NCBI GenBank assembly: GCA_043228905.1
Contig: JBHGNT010000006.1
Coordinates: 23,188,001 to 23,252,000 of the forward strand
Reading direction: 5' to 3'
From: Azolla caroliniana
Taxonomy: Eukaryota > Plantae > Polypodiophyta
DNA length: 64,000 bases
Shown piece after piece: positions 1-12,676 of this stretch. A program made the position numbers and the translations under genes. Each line of letters starts with the position of its first letter. Positions within the stretch are counted from its first letter, which is position 1. A model generated the notes under the pieces. That model made no database searches. It saw only the letters and a program-made list of their open reading frames with translations, and was not told where the DNA came from.

Positions 1-1
1 G

Positions 2-3000
2 AAGCTCCTGAACCGGAAAGCCGTAGCGACGATCCGGCAATATGTCGATGTAAGCGTTCTACAACATGTGGCGAATGACACCAACGCATATGAGATGTGG
101 AAGAAGCTGTCGGGCCTCTACGAGAGGAAGAATGCGTTGAACCGGACCTCCCTGAAGAGGAAGATAGTGAACCTCAAGTACCGGGACGGCGAAAGTATGG
201 TGGAACACGTAAGCACGTTCATGGGATTCGTGAACCAGCTTGCGGCGATCAAGTTCCCGTTGGAGGATGCAATGCAAGCCATCATCCTGATGTGTACATT
301 GCCGGAAAGCTGGGAGAACTTGGTGGTGACTCTCAGCACCTCCTGCACGGAAGATAACTTGTCCCTACAAACGGTAAAGACAAGTATTTTGAACGAAGAA
401 GCGCGTCGGAGAGATAAAGAACCGGCCTCCGACTCGAAGGCGCTGCTTACCGAATCGGAACGGGGAAGACAATGGAACCGGAGTCCGCAAAGACGGGAGA
501 AGTCGGGGACCCGGTCGCAGTCAAGAGGAAGACCCACATGCTTCCACTGTGGGAAGCCGGGGCACTTCCGGAAGAATTGTCGGCATTACCGAAAAGACAA
601 CGGAGCCGACGACACCGATTCGAAGAAGTCACCGGAGAGAAACGGTGCATACTGGGGAGCCACGGACCGGAGAGGTCCGGATCGGCGAGGGCAGGACCGG
701 AAAGGAACGACGGCACTCGCGGCAAGTGAGGAAGAAATCATGCTCATCACCGAAGAAGGTGAACTAAACATTGCCGGCGATGAGACGACCTGGGTGGTCG
801 ATTCCGGAGCGTCGTTCCACCTGACCCCGGAAAGAAGATACTTCTCATCCTACACAGCCGGTGAGCATGGCTGTGTTCGGATGGGAAATGAAGGTACGTG
901 CCGGATTGCCGGCATAGGAGACGTGTGGTTGACAACCTCGACCGGATGCAAAATGCTGCTGAAGGATGTTCGACACGTTCCGGAGGTTCGATTGAACCTG
1001 ATTTCGGCCGGGAGGCTAGACGATGAAGGCTACGCGGGTAGCATCCGGAACGGTGTCATGAAGTTCAGCAAAGGGAGCCTGATAGTGGCTCGGGCCCGGA
1101 AGATCAACACACTGTACCTGATGAATTCCCGGCTATGTCCGGAGGAGCTGAACGTGGCAGCTGACACTGCCGGTGAGCTGTGGCACAAAAGACTGTGCCA
1201 CATGAGTGAGAAGGGGATGAAGAGGCTTGCAGAAGACAACCTTATTCTAGTGAAGCATGTGCACCTGGAGAAGTGCACCGATTGCCTGGCCGGTAAGCAG
1301 AACCGAACCTCCTTCCACTCAAGGCCACCGACGAGACGTAGCGCACCATTGGAGTTGGTGCATACTGATGTGTGTCAGGTAGAAACGAAGTCACATGGCG
1401 GAGCCCAGTACTTCGTAACATTCATTGATGATCACAGCCGGAAGCTGTGGTCGGCACCGTTGAAGACAAAGGACCAAGTGTTGTGCGTCTTCAAAGAACT
1501 CCACGCGAGAGTTGAAAGGGAATCCGGCAAGCAGCTGAAAGCGATACGAGCGGATAACGGAGGGGAATACCGGGGGCAGTTCCAGGAGTACTGTCGCTCG
1601 AAGGGAATCCGGCTCGAGTTTACTGTGCCGAAGACGCCGGAACTGAATGGGCTGGCCGAGAGGATGAACCGGACCATAATGGAGAGGGTCCGGAGTATGC
1701 TGGCGCATGCGAAATTACCCAAGGGGTTTTGGGCTGAGGCAATGTCGACGGCGACATACGTGATAAACAGATCACCCTCAGTACCTTTGGACGGAGACAC
1801 GCCGCAGAAAGTGTGGACCGGTAAGGAAGTGTCCTACCGGCATCTGAAGGTGTTCGGGTGTCTCGCATACGTGCATGTGGCAAAGGACCGGAGAGGAAAG
1901 CTAGATCCAAAGACCCGGCCATGCATATTCCTCGGTTACGGCGATGACGAGTTCGGCTACCGAGTATGGGACCCGGTCGACAAGAAGATATTCCGGAGTC
2001 GTGATATCATCTTCATGGAGAACAAGACACTCGCCGACTGGGAGTCGGAGAAGAAGATGAAGAGCCCCAAGTCGACCGGTGAGGATCAACCCTACGAGGA
2101 GCAGTCCCGACCGGCAAGGGACCGGTTAGCACTCGAGCATCCGGCCGAAGACGGTGAAGAAACAGAACTGGCCGAAGAAGATGAAAATAATACCGGAACC
2201 GGCCCCGATCCCGAAATGGATTCGGATGAAGAGGAAACGGAGCAGCCGGTTACCGAAGCTCCGGAACGGAGATACCCTCTAAGAGAGAGAAGGGCCCCCC
2301 GGAGATTTCCGGAACCAGAGCACGTGCTGCTAACCGACGAGGGGGAGCCGGAGAGCTTTGAAGAAGCAAAGCATGACACCCAGAGCCGCAGGTGGTTGAG
2401 TGCCATGCAGGACGAGATGGATTCCCTGCATGAGAACCACACATATGAACTTGTGGAGTTGCCGAAAGGAAAGCGGGCACTTCGAAACAAGTGGGTGTTC
2501 AAGCTGAAACCGGGAGATGCCGGAAACCCCCCGAGATACAAAGCCAGGATCGTGGTGAAGGGGTTTCAGCAAAAGAAGCGCGTCGACTTCGACGAGATAT
2601 TTGCCCCGGTAGTGAAGATGACCTCCATCCGGACGGTGCTGAGCATAGCGGCAAGCATGGACCTCGAGGTAGAACAGATGGACGTGAAGACGGCATTCCT
2701 TCACGGGGACCTCGAAGAAGAGATCTACATGCAGCAACCAGAAGGATTCGAGAAGAAAGGGAAGGAGCACCTGGTATGCCGGTTGAAGAAGAGCCTTTAC
2801 GGATTGAAGCAGGCTCCCCGGCAATGGTACCGAAAGTTCGACTCCTTCATGACAGACGAAGGGTACCACAAAACGCAGTCCGATCACTGTGTGTTTGTGA
2901 AGAAGTTCGAAGGAGGAGACTTTCTAATACTCCTCCTGTACGTGGACGACATGTTGATCGTCGGACGAGACCAGGTCAAAATACGGATGCTGGAGAAGGC

Positions 3001-3916
3001 TCTTCACCGAACCTTCTCAATGAAGGACTTGGGTCCGGCGAGACAAATACTAGGGATGCACATCATCCGGGACCGGAGCAAGAAGCAGTTGTGGCTGTCA
3101 CAGGAGAAGTACGTGACAAAGGTGCTTAAACGGTTCAACATGTCGGAAGCAAGACCGGTCGGATCGACCCTCCCGGCAAACTGCAAGTTGTCCAGCAAGC
3201 AAAGCCCCAAGACAAAGGCTGAGAAGGAGGACATGATGAAAGTACCATATGCCTCTGCCGTCGGAGGCTTGATGTACGCAATGGTGTGTACAAGACCGGA
3301 CATAGGATATGCAGTTGGAGTGGTGAGCTGGTACATGAGCAAACCCGGCAAAGAGCACTGGAACGCGGTCAAGTGGATACTCCGATACCTGAAGGGCACG
3401 GCAAACGTGTGCCTCCGATTCGGCTCCGGTAAGCCCGAACTCGACGGCTTTACCGATTCGGATATGTCGGCTGATGCAGATACCAGCCGGTCCACATCAG
3501 GGTATGTGATGACGTATGCAGGGGGAGCTGTTTCGTGGCAGTCGAGGCTGCAGAAGACGGTTGCGTTGTCAACCACGGAGGCGGAGTACATGGCGGCTGT
3601 TGAAGCCGGCAAGGAAATGATATGGATGAAGGACTTCATTAGAGAGCTCGGTATCCGGCAGGAGGAGTACCGACTCTACTGTGACAGTCAGAGTGCAATC
3701 CACCTTGCGAAGAACGCGGCCTATCACTCTCGGACGAAGCACATCCAGCGAAGATATCACTGGATCCGGGAAAGGATAGAAGACAAGGAGTTCATGCTGA
3801 CGAAGATCCACACGGACGAGAACGGGTCGGATATGCTGACCAAGGTGCTCACACCCGACAAGCTGGAAGCGTGCCGGAAGAGGATCGGATTGGAGAGACA
3901 TCCCATGCCGAAGTGA
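2..3916 (+). CDS. Ty1/copia gag-pol polyprotein (element A), 5'-truncated by window edge, uninterrupted frame
   Basis: Zinc knuckle CFHCGKPGHFRKNC, protease WVVDSGAS, GAG-pre/integrase HKRLCH..C..C, LVHTD, RADNGGE, NGLAER, RT LLYVDD, RNase H FTDSD/TEAEY/CDSQSA in PR-IN-RT-RH order; frame is open back to base 2. Confidence 0.97.
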   Translation, partial: KLLNRKAVATIRQYVDVSVLQHVANDTNAYEMWKKLSGLYERKNALNRTSLKRKIVNLKYRDGESMVEHVSTFMGFVNQLAAIKFPLEDAMQAIILMCTLPESWENLVVTLSTSCTEDNLSLQTVKTSILNEEARRRDKEPASDSKALLTESERGRQWNRSPQRREKSGTRSQSRGRPTCFHCGKPGHFRKNCRHYRKDNGADDTDSKKSPERNGAYWGATDRRGPDRRGQDRKGTTALAASEEEIMLITEEGELNIAGDETTWVVDSGASFHLTPERRYFSSYTAGEHGCVRMGNEGTCRIAGIGDVWLTTSTGCKMLLKDVRHVPEVRLNLISAGRLDDEGYAGSIRNGVMKFSKGSLIVARARKINTLYLMNSRLCPEELNVAADTAGELWHKRLCHMSEKGMKRLAEDNLILVKHVHLEKCTDCLAGKQNRTSFHSRPPTRRSAPLELVHTDVCQVETKSHGGAQYFVTFIDDHSRKLWSAPLKTKDQVLCVFKELHARVERESGKQLKAIRADNGGEYRGQFQEYCRSKGIRLEFTVPKTPELNGLAERMNRTIMERVRSMLAHAKLPKGFWAEAMSTATYVINRSPSVPLDGDTPQKVWTGKEVSYRHLKVFGCLAYVHVAKDRRGKLDPKTRPCIFLGYGDDEFGYRVWDPVDKKIFRSRDIIFMENKTLADWESEKKMKSPKSTGEDQPYEEQSRPARDRLALEHPAEDGEETELAEEDENNTGTGPDPEMDSDEEETEQPVTEAPERRYPLRERRAPRRFPEPEHVLLTDEGEPESFEEAKHDTQSRRWLSAMQDEMDSLHENHTYELVELPKGKRALRNKWVFKLKPGDAGNPPRYKARIVVKGFQQKKRVDFDEIFAPVVKMTSIRTVLSIAASMDLEVEQMDVKTAFLHGDLEEEIYMQQPEGFEKKGKEHLVCRLKKSLYGLKQAPRQWYRKFDSFMTDEGYHKTQSDHCVFVKKFEGGDFLILLLYVDDMLIVGRDQVKIRMLEKALHRTFSMKDLGPARQILGMHIIRDRSKKQLWLSQEKYVTKVLKRFNMSEARPVGSTLPANCKLSSKQSPKTKAEKEDMMKVPYASAVGGLMYAMVCTRPDIGYAVGVVSWYMSKPGKEHWNAVKWILRYLKGTANVCLRFGSGKPELDGFTDSDMSADADTSRSTSGYVMTYAGGAVSWQSRLQKTVALSTTEAEYMAAVEAGKEMIWMKDFIRELGIRQEEYRLYCDSQSAIHLAKNAAYHSRTKHIQRRYHWIRERIEDKEFMLTKIHTDENGSDMLTKVLTPDKLEACRKRIGLERHPMPK

Positions 3917-3926
3917 AGGGGGAGTT

Positions 3927-4590
3927 TGTTGGGATTACGGTCCCTTCTGATGGGATGGTCGGATGTCGGATGATGAAGACCCCGGTTACGGAGCCGGATG
4001 ATGAAGACCCCGGTTACGGAGCCGGATGCTGAAGACCCCGGTTACGGAGCCAGATGACGAAGACCCCGGTTACGGAGCCGGATGACGAAGACCCCGGTTA
4101 CGGAGCCGGATGACGGATGTACCCGGAGAGAGATCCGGATGCGGGGACATATTTGTGAATATGTTTGCTAAGAGCCCTTGAGGCTATATTTGTAAATAGC
4201 CCGAAAGTCATATGTGTATAAATATGACTTAGGGCAAACAATTTATGTTGTTGCTCATTTTTCTGTTTTCACTTAGAGGGAGTGAAGAGAGCAGCCAGAG
4301 AGAGAGGGAGAGAGAGAGAGACGAAGAGGTCGTTGCCTCTGTGTATTGCCGCCGCCTGTGGCGAAGACAGTGAGCACAAGGTTGTTGCCTTGTAGCTTCA
4401 CCATTGTACATCCCTGTTCATAGTGATCGTTGGAGTCTGAGAACTCCCGTGGTTTTTTCCCATTTAGGGTTTTTCCACGTAAAATACTCTGTGTACTCTC
4501 TCTTTCTATTGTCTCGTGCATTCTGTATTTCCTGTTTTCCAAGTGTTGATCCTATTCCTCGGTTGTGGCCGAGCACTGTGTTTTTCATCA
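3927..4590 (+). repeat. LTR of copia element A, with 27-bp tandem repeats in U3
   Basis: Follows PPT GAAGGGGGAG; starts TGTTGGG, ends ATCA; ~5 copies of GATGAAGACCCCGGTTACGGAGCCGGA; reverse-complement homologue at 45918-46647. Confidence 0.93.
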
Positions 4591-4592
4591 AG

Positions 4593-4604
4593 TGGTATCA
4601 GAGC
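4593..4604 (+). promoter_or_regulatory. tRNA-Met(i) primer binding site directly after the LTR
   Basis: TGGTATCAGAGC followed by ACACAGAAAATGG, matching the leader and gag start of related element C (24465-24495). Confidence 0.85.
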
Positions 4605-4659
4605 GACGGTAACACAGAAAATGGAAGGCGGCGGTGGTGGGCCTCCGGGCATGATGGCG

Positions 4660-5370
4660 GTAGTGGATAGCGGTTTCGAACCGTTACTCAATTGAGCCCG
4701 CAATAGTCGATACATAGGCGCAACATTCCATCTTTCTTTTTGACAAATAGAATACGAGACCCAACTCGAGATTTTGAGTGGCGAATGAATCCATTTGCGA
4801 GATTCTCTTCAATTTATATTTTGAGGGTCTTGAGTTCAGGTTCACATAACCTATAGATAGGGCCAAATGGAGGACAAGCACCATCTTTCAAGTCAACTAG
4901 ACAATCATATGGGCGATGTCCGGGCAGACGATCAACATTTTTCTTCTCAAGTACATCAGAGAAATCATTGTATTTTGATGGAAAAGAGCTAGTACATAGG
5001 GTAGTATTTGGAGTGGACATGACCGCCATGTCCTTAGAATTAGAAATGGATGCAATCAACATTGTATCGCTTACCTGAGCAAGAGTTAGAACTGTTTTCA
5101 AGGAAGATACGGGACTAACTATCGATGTTGTTTCTATTGGAGCAACTGCTGACATGGTTCTCATTGAACAGGAAATGGGAGCGACCGATAACCTGGTCCT
5201 CACCGGAGCAGAAATGGGGTTGCCCCCGAAATATGGGTGGGAGCGACTATTGACGCAGTCCTCACTGGAGCAGAAACTGGAATCGGAGCAACCATTGATG
5301 TGGTTCTCACTAGAGCCAAAACGCGAGTTGTCCCCACAAGCCATTGTACTTGGAGCTTGCAATTCCACAT
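4660..5370 (-). mobile_element. Ty3/gypsy pol fragment (pre-RT/RT start), degenerate
   Basis: KYNDFSDVLEKKNVDRLPGHRPYDCLVDLKDGACPPFGPIYRL is the typical Tf2/chromovirus-like pre-RT segment; boundaries approximate. Confidence 0.7.
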
Positions 5371-5371
5371 T

Positions 5372-8300
5372 CCACTAGATGTCGTGAAGTGAAAGACGAA
5401 AAGAGATGTATTATCGGACCTTGCTACGAAAAAGCTAAGATGTATGCAAATGAAGTGGAGAACCATTTGTTAAATTTTTCTCTAAGCAACGATGTTAAAG
5501 AAAATTGGCAACATTTGAAGGACATAATCCTTAAGGTTGGATATCAATGCTTTAAGAGACATGTGGGTGGGCATAAGGTGTGTAGTTTTCCATGTAATTC
5601 TTGGTTCGACGATGAATGTAAGATGTATCTCAAATGGTTTAAGTCCATAGAAGAGGGCAGTTAAAAGATTGTTGCATGGCACATATACAAGAAAGTAGTG
5701 AGGAGAAAGAAAAGAAGATATTTCCAAATGCAAGAGATGAAAAAGAAAAACTTGTTTAAGCTCAAACCAAAATTAGCATGGGGACAACTCAAGGGTAAGA
5801 AAGAAGATGTGAAAGGTCACTTTACAAATGAAGAGATGCTAGACTATGTACAAAGGTTATATATGCATGAAGGTGTGGCTCCTATGGTTGAGAAAATTGA
5901 AACTCCATGCACTACATGTATCGATATTGATGATATCAATAAGGGACTAAAGAAGATGGCAAGTGGGAAAGCAGCAGATTCAACCTACGTCTAAAGTGAG
6001 GTTTTAAAATGGACAATGCCACACACTCGTCATTGGATAATGACAATTTTAGAGCAAGTTAAAACACAAGGATTTCCAAATGATTGGCTTATGAATTGGA
6101 TTAAACCAATATTTAAAGGCGGAGATAAGAATCAAGTAGCAAATTATCATACAATAATGGTGAGGTCAACTATTGCTAAATTATATAGTACTATTATGGA
6201 GCAAAAGATAAGCACATGGAGATTACAAGCAAAAGAGCACTTGGGCAAGTTGGATTTAGACCAAAACACTCCACCGTGGATCATTTGGTCACATTAAGAG
6301 TAATCATGGAAGAGAGTCGACTTCAAGGAAAAACACTTTATTGTTGTTTTGTTGATTTCAAGAAAGCTTTTGATACCGTACCACGAAGTGAGCTTTGGAA
6401 TAGAACGGTAGATATTGACATGCCATTAGAGTACCGAGTTGTGGTTGCACGCTGTCTTGTGGCACATGACAGATGTGCCAAACGTCATGATGTGCACGTC
6501 ACAAGCGTGGACAAGCACCGGGTCTCTATCCGCTAGTGGTTATGGAGGATTGATGATTGGATCGTTCAAGATAACGGAAACGCGGAAGAACTAGTGCAAG
6601 CGAGAAGTATTAATGATAGATATGGACGAGAATCCCAACTCCCGGTTTGAACTTTTCACTTCAAAGTTGAGATACAAGACACATTGCCAAGGAGATAACT
6701 AGGATTTATTATCTACCTTAAAATTATCCTTCCCAAACACACTCACAACACCAACATTATCGTTATACATATCCCAAACCATCATAGCATTTTCTAGATT
6801 ATCCTCAATATTATCAACCTTAATCCCATCCTTCCCACACATGCTCACAACATCAACATCATCATTATACACATCCCAGATAACATTTCCTAGATTTTCC
6901 TTGCTTATACCCATGTGATCATTATTTAACCCCACATCCACATGGACATATTTTTGCAGAACATCCTCATCATCACAAGTACCTATTCTATTTTCATAAT
7001 GGATATCCTCATGAATGTCACCATTTGATCTAGTGAAACTCTTATAAAATCTATCACAAAAAAAACCAAGGCAACCTAAAACACATGATTCCTCTTCGTC
7101 ACTCTCACTCTCATTACCCTTACCATAACCATATCCACAGAAAGTGCACAGCTTTCTATCATCATAACCCTCATTCTTCTCATGGCACTCACTCTCCCCA
7201 TCAATAATGCATTCTCCCTTACTATCATCAAGCCCTAAATCGTGTGTTTCATTTCTATTATCACCGTCATCACATTTAAACGTAAAGTTTTCGTCTTTTT
7301 CTAACTCCTTCTCTTGTTTGTGGCTCTTATTAAACCTATCATACTTGTCATCAAAATTTAAACCATGAGAGTTTCGATCCCAACCTTTCTCACCATCATG
7401 GCTTCCGTCGAGTGCTTTTTCATTAGCACAACCATGAAGAGCTCAACATTGATTTCTCCTCTTGTGTTTATAGTAATCTTTGTCACGATCATAACTTTGT
7501 AGATCTCGAGCACTCTTTGTGAGTTTGTAATTATCTTTGTCTTTGTCATAATCGTGTAGATCTTGATCTTTCTCTTCAAGCCCACGTTCTTGGTCTGATG
7601 TCTCTTCACGATTGCATCCCCGAGTATCTTGGTCTTTCCCCTTGAGACCACGTTCTTCATCACATGTCTCTTCACGACTGCATCCTTGAGTATCTTGGTC
7701 TTTCCCCTCGAATGTATGTTCTTCGTTCCATGTCTCTTCGTGATCACATCCTTGTTCAGTGCATATCTCTCTTCTCTTGCGTTTGCAATGATTTTCATGA
7801 TGACAATCATAATCTCTCCCTTCAAGATCGTGTTCTTTGTCACATGTTTCTCCTTTGTCGAGTTTGCAATGATCCTCGTAACGACCATAGTCATGTCGAT
7901 CTCGATCTCTCTCTTCGAAACCTTCTTTTTCATGGAATGCCTCTTCACGATCACTGTGAACATATCCATGTCTCTTGTCAAGCCCATATTCTTCGTCGTG
8001 TCTCTCTTCACAACCACATCCTTGAATATCTTGATCTTTTCTTACAAGCCCATATTCTTCATTGAATGTCTCTTCATGATAGTAATCACAAATATCTCGA
8101 TCATCTTCATCTTCATCATTGTTGAGAAGCCTATGAAAAGGTTGAGGTCCGAATCTAGAAGTCATAATTGCTTCATACCAATCCGTAAATTCTAGATATA
8201 ATCTTTCGGCTTGCCTTGCCAACTTGAGATAATCCTCGCTCTATCCTTATCATCCTGCAACATCATTTCAATGGCCTTCCTTATAAATGGAAGCATTATC

Positions 8301-10646
8301 AGTCTCAGCCCACCTTCTCTTCTTATAGACTCTTCTAAGTCATAAGCATCCAAGACCGCATCCATCATTCGTGATGCCTCCATTACCACCTTGTATTTTC
8401 ACGTTAGGTTCACCAAATAGATGTCGTGTGGCGCATGACACACGTGCCAAACGTCATGATGTGCGCATCACAAGCGCGGACAAGCACCGGGCCTTTATCC
8501 GCTAGTGGTTATGGAGAATTGATGATGGGATCGTTCAAGATACTGGAACCGCGGAAGGAGTAGCGCAAGCAACGAAACGGCGAATGGACTAGCGCAATCG
8601 AGAAGTATTAAAGATAGATATGGACGAGAATCCCAACTCCCAGTTTGAACTTTTAACTTCAAAGTTGAGATACAAGACACATTGTCAAGGAGATAACTAG
8701 GATTTAATAGTTATTATTGATTGCATACATTCCTTCCCCTTTCTTTCTCTTTCTCTCGTTCTTATATAGATGCCCCCATGCATATGTGGATGTGAGGGTG
8801 TAGTACATACATACAATGCTTTGATCGCCATTTGGCACTCATGCATCACATGTGATGCATGATGACCATGTACCTTATCTAACCTCTCATGTACAAACAA
8901 TTTTGTGTGAAATGTACAATGAAGAAAATAAGTTTTAAAGGAAATAACGTAGTCTAATGGTATGTCAATTACCTCTTATCTTAGAGGTGTAAGGTTCAAA
9001 CCCTTACTTGTACCTCAATGTATGCATTAGGCTTATTATATATATTTGTGTAATGAACACCTAAACACACATTACATGTGCACATTCATGTCTTTAACAT
9101 ACACATCTAAACATCACTCCTTTCATACGTGTGCATATTGCATCTTCTTGATTTCCCTCGTTCCACGCGATTTTCACACTGTTGCCGAAAATCTTCACGA
9201 CAACGCCTATATGAACAAGTTAAATGCCAACTAAAATTGGATAATGGATTCTCAAAGAGCTTTTTAAGTAATATGGGGGTCAAGCAAGGATGTCCACTAT
9301 CACTCACACTCTTTGGCTTATGTATTGATAAATTAGAAAACTTGTGAATAAGGTTGTAAGAGAAGGATGGAATGACCCCAATTTGATTGCAACATGTTAT
9401 CTTATTGCTTTTATATGCAGATGATGTGGTACTCTTCTCATATGATGTTGATAGTATGCAACATTTACTTGGGGTATTAGAAGAATTCTGCCATAGTAGT
9501 GGACTACCAGTGAATGTGGAGAAAACAAAAATGATGGTAGTGCAAAGCATCCAACCTCATCATTACCCTATGCTCACATATAAAGGTGAACATATAGAAT
9601 TTGATAAAAGCTTTAAATATCTTAGTATTGATGTACCCGCCACAAAAAAATGGAGTGCATGCTTTGATTCTAGACTCCAAGCCGGTTGGAAATCATATTA
9701 CCTTTTGGAAAACCAATGCAACCAAAGTGATACTTGTGGATGGAAAGTAAAATTAATGTTGTTCAATGCCATGGTAACTCAAGTATTGCTTTATGGAGTA
9801 GAAGTATGGGGTGGCACCATCTCTCTTAATGCATGGAACAAGATTGAGAAAATTCAAAAGATGTTTTTAAGGAGGCAATTAAGAGTTAAATGCACTACCT
9901 CTTACCAGGTTATGCTCTTGGAAACGGGTGTTCGACCCATAGAACTATTGGCACTCCAAAGAGTATATAAATACATTACAAAAGTCAAGAATATGCCGAA
10001 TCATTAATTACCACATCTTTCTTGGAATGTTGGATGTAAGCGACAAAAGAATCATAAAAGTAATATTCTCTCATCTGGTTGGGTTGTTGACATAAAGAAA
10101 TGGTTTAGAAAATGGGGTGTGGATGATCTTTTAGAGCTTTCAGGCAATGCTATGCAATATGTAATGATTGAGGAAAGGTTGGTGGAATCATTAAGGATGA
10201 ACTGGGAGGATGCTAAGAGGACAAAGCTAGAATACTACATTGCAAATGTCAACCCTGAATGTTGGTCTCAATATAAAGCAAGAATGTCTATTGATCGAAT
10301 CCAACCTTATCTCATTACCAATATGAGTAGCAATGTGCGTAGAGCCCTTACACTACTTCACACTTGATCTCACAAGTTAGGTATTGAAGTTGCATCATGG
10401 TATCAAAATGTAACGAATTTGAAGACATGTAAAGTATGTAATGAAGGCATGGTAGAGGATGAATGTCACTTGCTCTTCACATGCTCGACATATAGTGCAA
10501 TTAGTTCAAGATATGTTGACATACTAAGAGGGAGTGATAACTTAAGATCCATACTTATGACACCACCTAGAAGGTTGAGCTCATATGTGTATGCTTTATT
10601 AACACATAGAGACTTTGTGCTTCAACATATAAATACCCCTTCTTAG
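5372..10646 (+). mobile_element. Non-LTR retrotransposon (LINE) ORF2 remnant, split by insertion 6453-9202
   Basis: RT motifs PIFKGGDK, GFRPKHSTVDHL, FVDFKKAFD, GVKQGCPLS, LLYADD, FKYL and C-terminal CKVC..EDECHLLFTC; frame VVAR|LYEQ rejoins across the insertion; many stops and frameshifts. Confidence 0.9.
6453..9202 (-). mobile_element. Non-autonomous LTR element (5' LTR 8422-9202, truncated 3' LTR 6453-~6705) with tRNA-Trp-like PBS
   Basis: TG...CA ends, 4-bp TSD ACGC (6449-6452, 9203-9206), ~250-bp direct repeat at 6453 and 8422, TTCACGTTAGGTTCACCA at ~8397-8414; interior is low-complexity charged repeats with no RT/IN. Confidence 0.8.
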
Positions 10647-10649
10647 GAA

Positions 10650-10754
10650 GGAGACATATATCAAGAACACATGTATATTCTGGTTCCATAGGTCAAAATT
10701 GGCCTCTTTATGGACGATAAAAATTCTAATTCTAATTCTAATTCTCTTGTCTAT

Positions 10755-10791
<37 letters not shown>

Positions 10792-11325
10792 ATTTCTTAG
10801 TTCCTACATGGTATCAAAGCGGTGAAGGAGTCCAACCCCACCAAGATTTTTGTCGCGGTGTTAATAATGAGTGTGTGAATTAAAGAAATGTGGTGGAAAA
10901 TTCCGCCCAGGTATTGTCTCGCACTTATCACATGGAAAAATTGAATGGTAAAAACTATCAACCATGGTGTATGACCATGGAAATTATATTAGAACAATAT
11001 AACTTGTAAAATATCGTCGATGGAACGCAGGAGTTCAAAGACGATAATATAATCTATCTATCTATCTCTTTCCATTTCTTAATTCCTACAATAAAGGAGT
11101 TGCTAGGTTACTTTTTCACTTTATTTTCATTTAATAGATTATATCTTATGTCATTGTGGATATCAGGGAATTCTAGCTTTTGTAGTATTTCAAAGGAAAG
11201 AATCCTAATTGCCCTATGTCTAAAGTGACTAAATGCTATTATGGAATTCACCAAGAAAGGAGTGGCGCGTATCTCTTTATTTATAACTACATGAATTAAT
11301 TGTTTGAAGACACAAGTTTCCTACA
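10650..11325 (+). mobile_element. Copia relic: LTR end, PBS, gag N-terminus and a further LTR-like piece
   Basis: TTCCTACA|TGGTATCAAAGC at ~10801-10820, then MEKLNGKNYQPWCMTMEIILEQYNL*; 11090-11325 resembles 37820-38127. Confidence 0.6.
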
Positions 11326-12325
11326 TTTAAAGGTTATAAATTTATTTCGCAATAGCCTATCCACCACAAAAATTATGAGTAGGAGGATGGAGATAAGAGA
11401 AATTTATCTTCTTTGGAGATCAAGATTATCATTATCTATTAAACATTTATGCATTGGTATTTATGTAAATTTAATTAAACATAATTTAATTAAATATGGT
11501 TCGACTTACCTGACACAATTTTTTGTATTTCTTGATCAAGAGAGCATACAAAGATAGATTGAGAGACTAGACCATCCTTTTACATAACTAATTGATAAAG
11601 AATGGAAAATAAGCAAAAGTTTTTGGTGGCAACTAATAGGATGTTTCTGGGGAGAATCAAAATCCTATTTTCATGAGGTAAAGAATGACGGTTTTGTGAT
11701 AAGGATACGAAGAATATCCTCAAGTATTTCATAAATCCACCGTTGAACGAGTCAAAGAGAGAAAATATGCTAGAGTTCTACAATCATCTCTCTCTATGGA
11801 GTGTCTATGTGCAACACTATCATCTGATTTGCCTAGTTTCTATATTCTATAGAAAACCATGCACTAGCTTCTACACGAGATATTGTATTGTCATCATGTA
11901 GGTTTTTCATACTCATACATTGGTCTCACACCTCAAGGTAGTAAACCTAAGCCCCAATGATTTAGTTGGGCCATGGTTTCATTCTAGCCTCTTCTCATTT
12001 ATTTTTTCTATTATGCTATGTTATTCTATTGTTTCATCTAGTCTGGGATTGTAGTTAAATCTCTTCCAAAGACCCTATAGGGATTTGTACACAATAATCT
12101 CATTTGTAAAATTTTATAACTAATGGAAGGAGTGTCTTTTGGGAAAAGAAAACTCTTCCAAAGGCTTGTTGTCCATGATACGTTTATATGTTGTAAATCC
12201 ACTTGTGGGTGAACCTACTCCATACATGATTTATTTATATATGCACAATTCATGTAATCAAAATGTAAGTTTGCAAAACACATTGTTTGTTGGGACCGAC
12301 CTATATACATATATTATATATACAT

Positions 12326-12412
12326 AGAGAGAGAGAGAGAGAGAGAGAGATATGACATACGTTTCTGTAGTTTAGCACGTGAAAAAAATTTCGAACAATA
12401 ATATGAAGACAC

Positions 12413-12453
<41 letters not shown>

Positions 12454-12670
12454 ACACGTTTTATAGTTTAGCACATGAAAAAAAAATCGAACAATAATAT
12501 GGAGACATATAGAGAGAGAGAGATGCCAGTCGTGTTTGTTTTCATTCAATGTGAAGACATAATGTACGTCACTCCACATATAAAGAGCCACACACAACCT
12601 ATAAAAGAGCATGCATGAATGATGAAACGACCATAACCAAAGAGAGAGAGAGAGAGAGATAGAGAGAGAG
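12326..12670. repeat. (GA)n microsatellite tracts and a ~100-bp tandem duplication upstream of the P450
   Basis: Four GA tracts; TAGTTTAGCAC..AAAAAAA..CGAACAATAATATG occurs twice. Confidence 0.85.
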
Positions 12671-12676
12671 GGGGGG

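Noticed and set aside
97-3901. Many short antisense and alternate-frame ORFs over the copia pol genes
   Set aside because: Shadow ORFs of GC-rich coding sequence with no motifs of their own.
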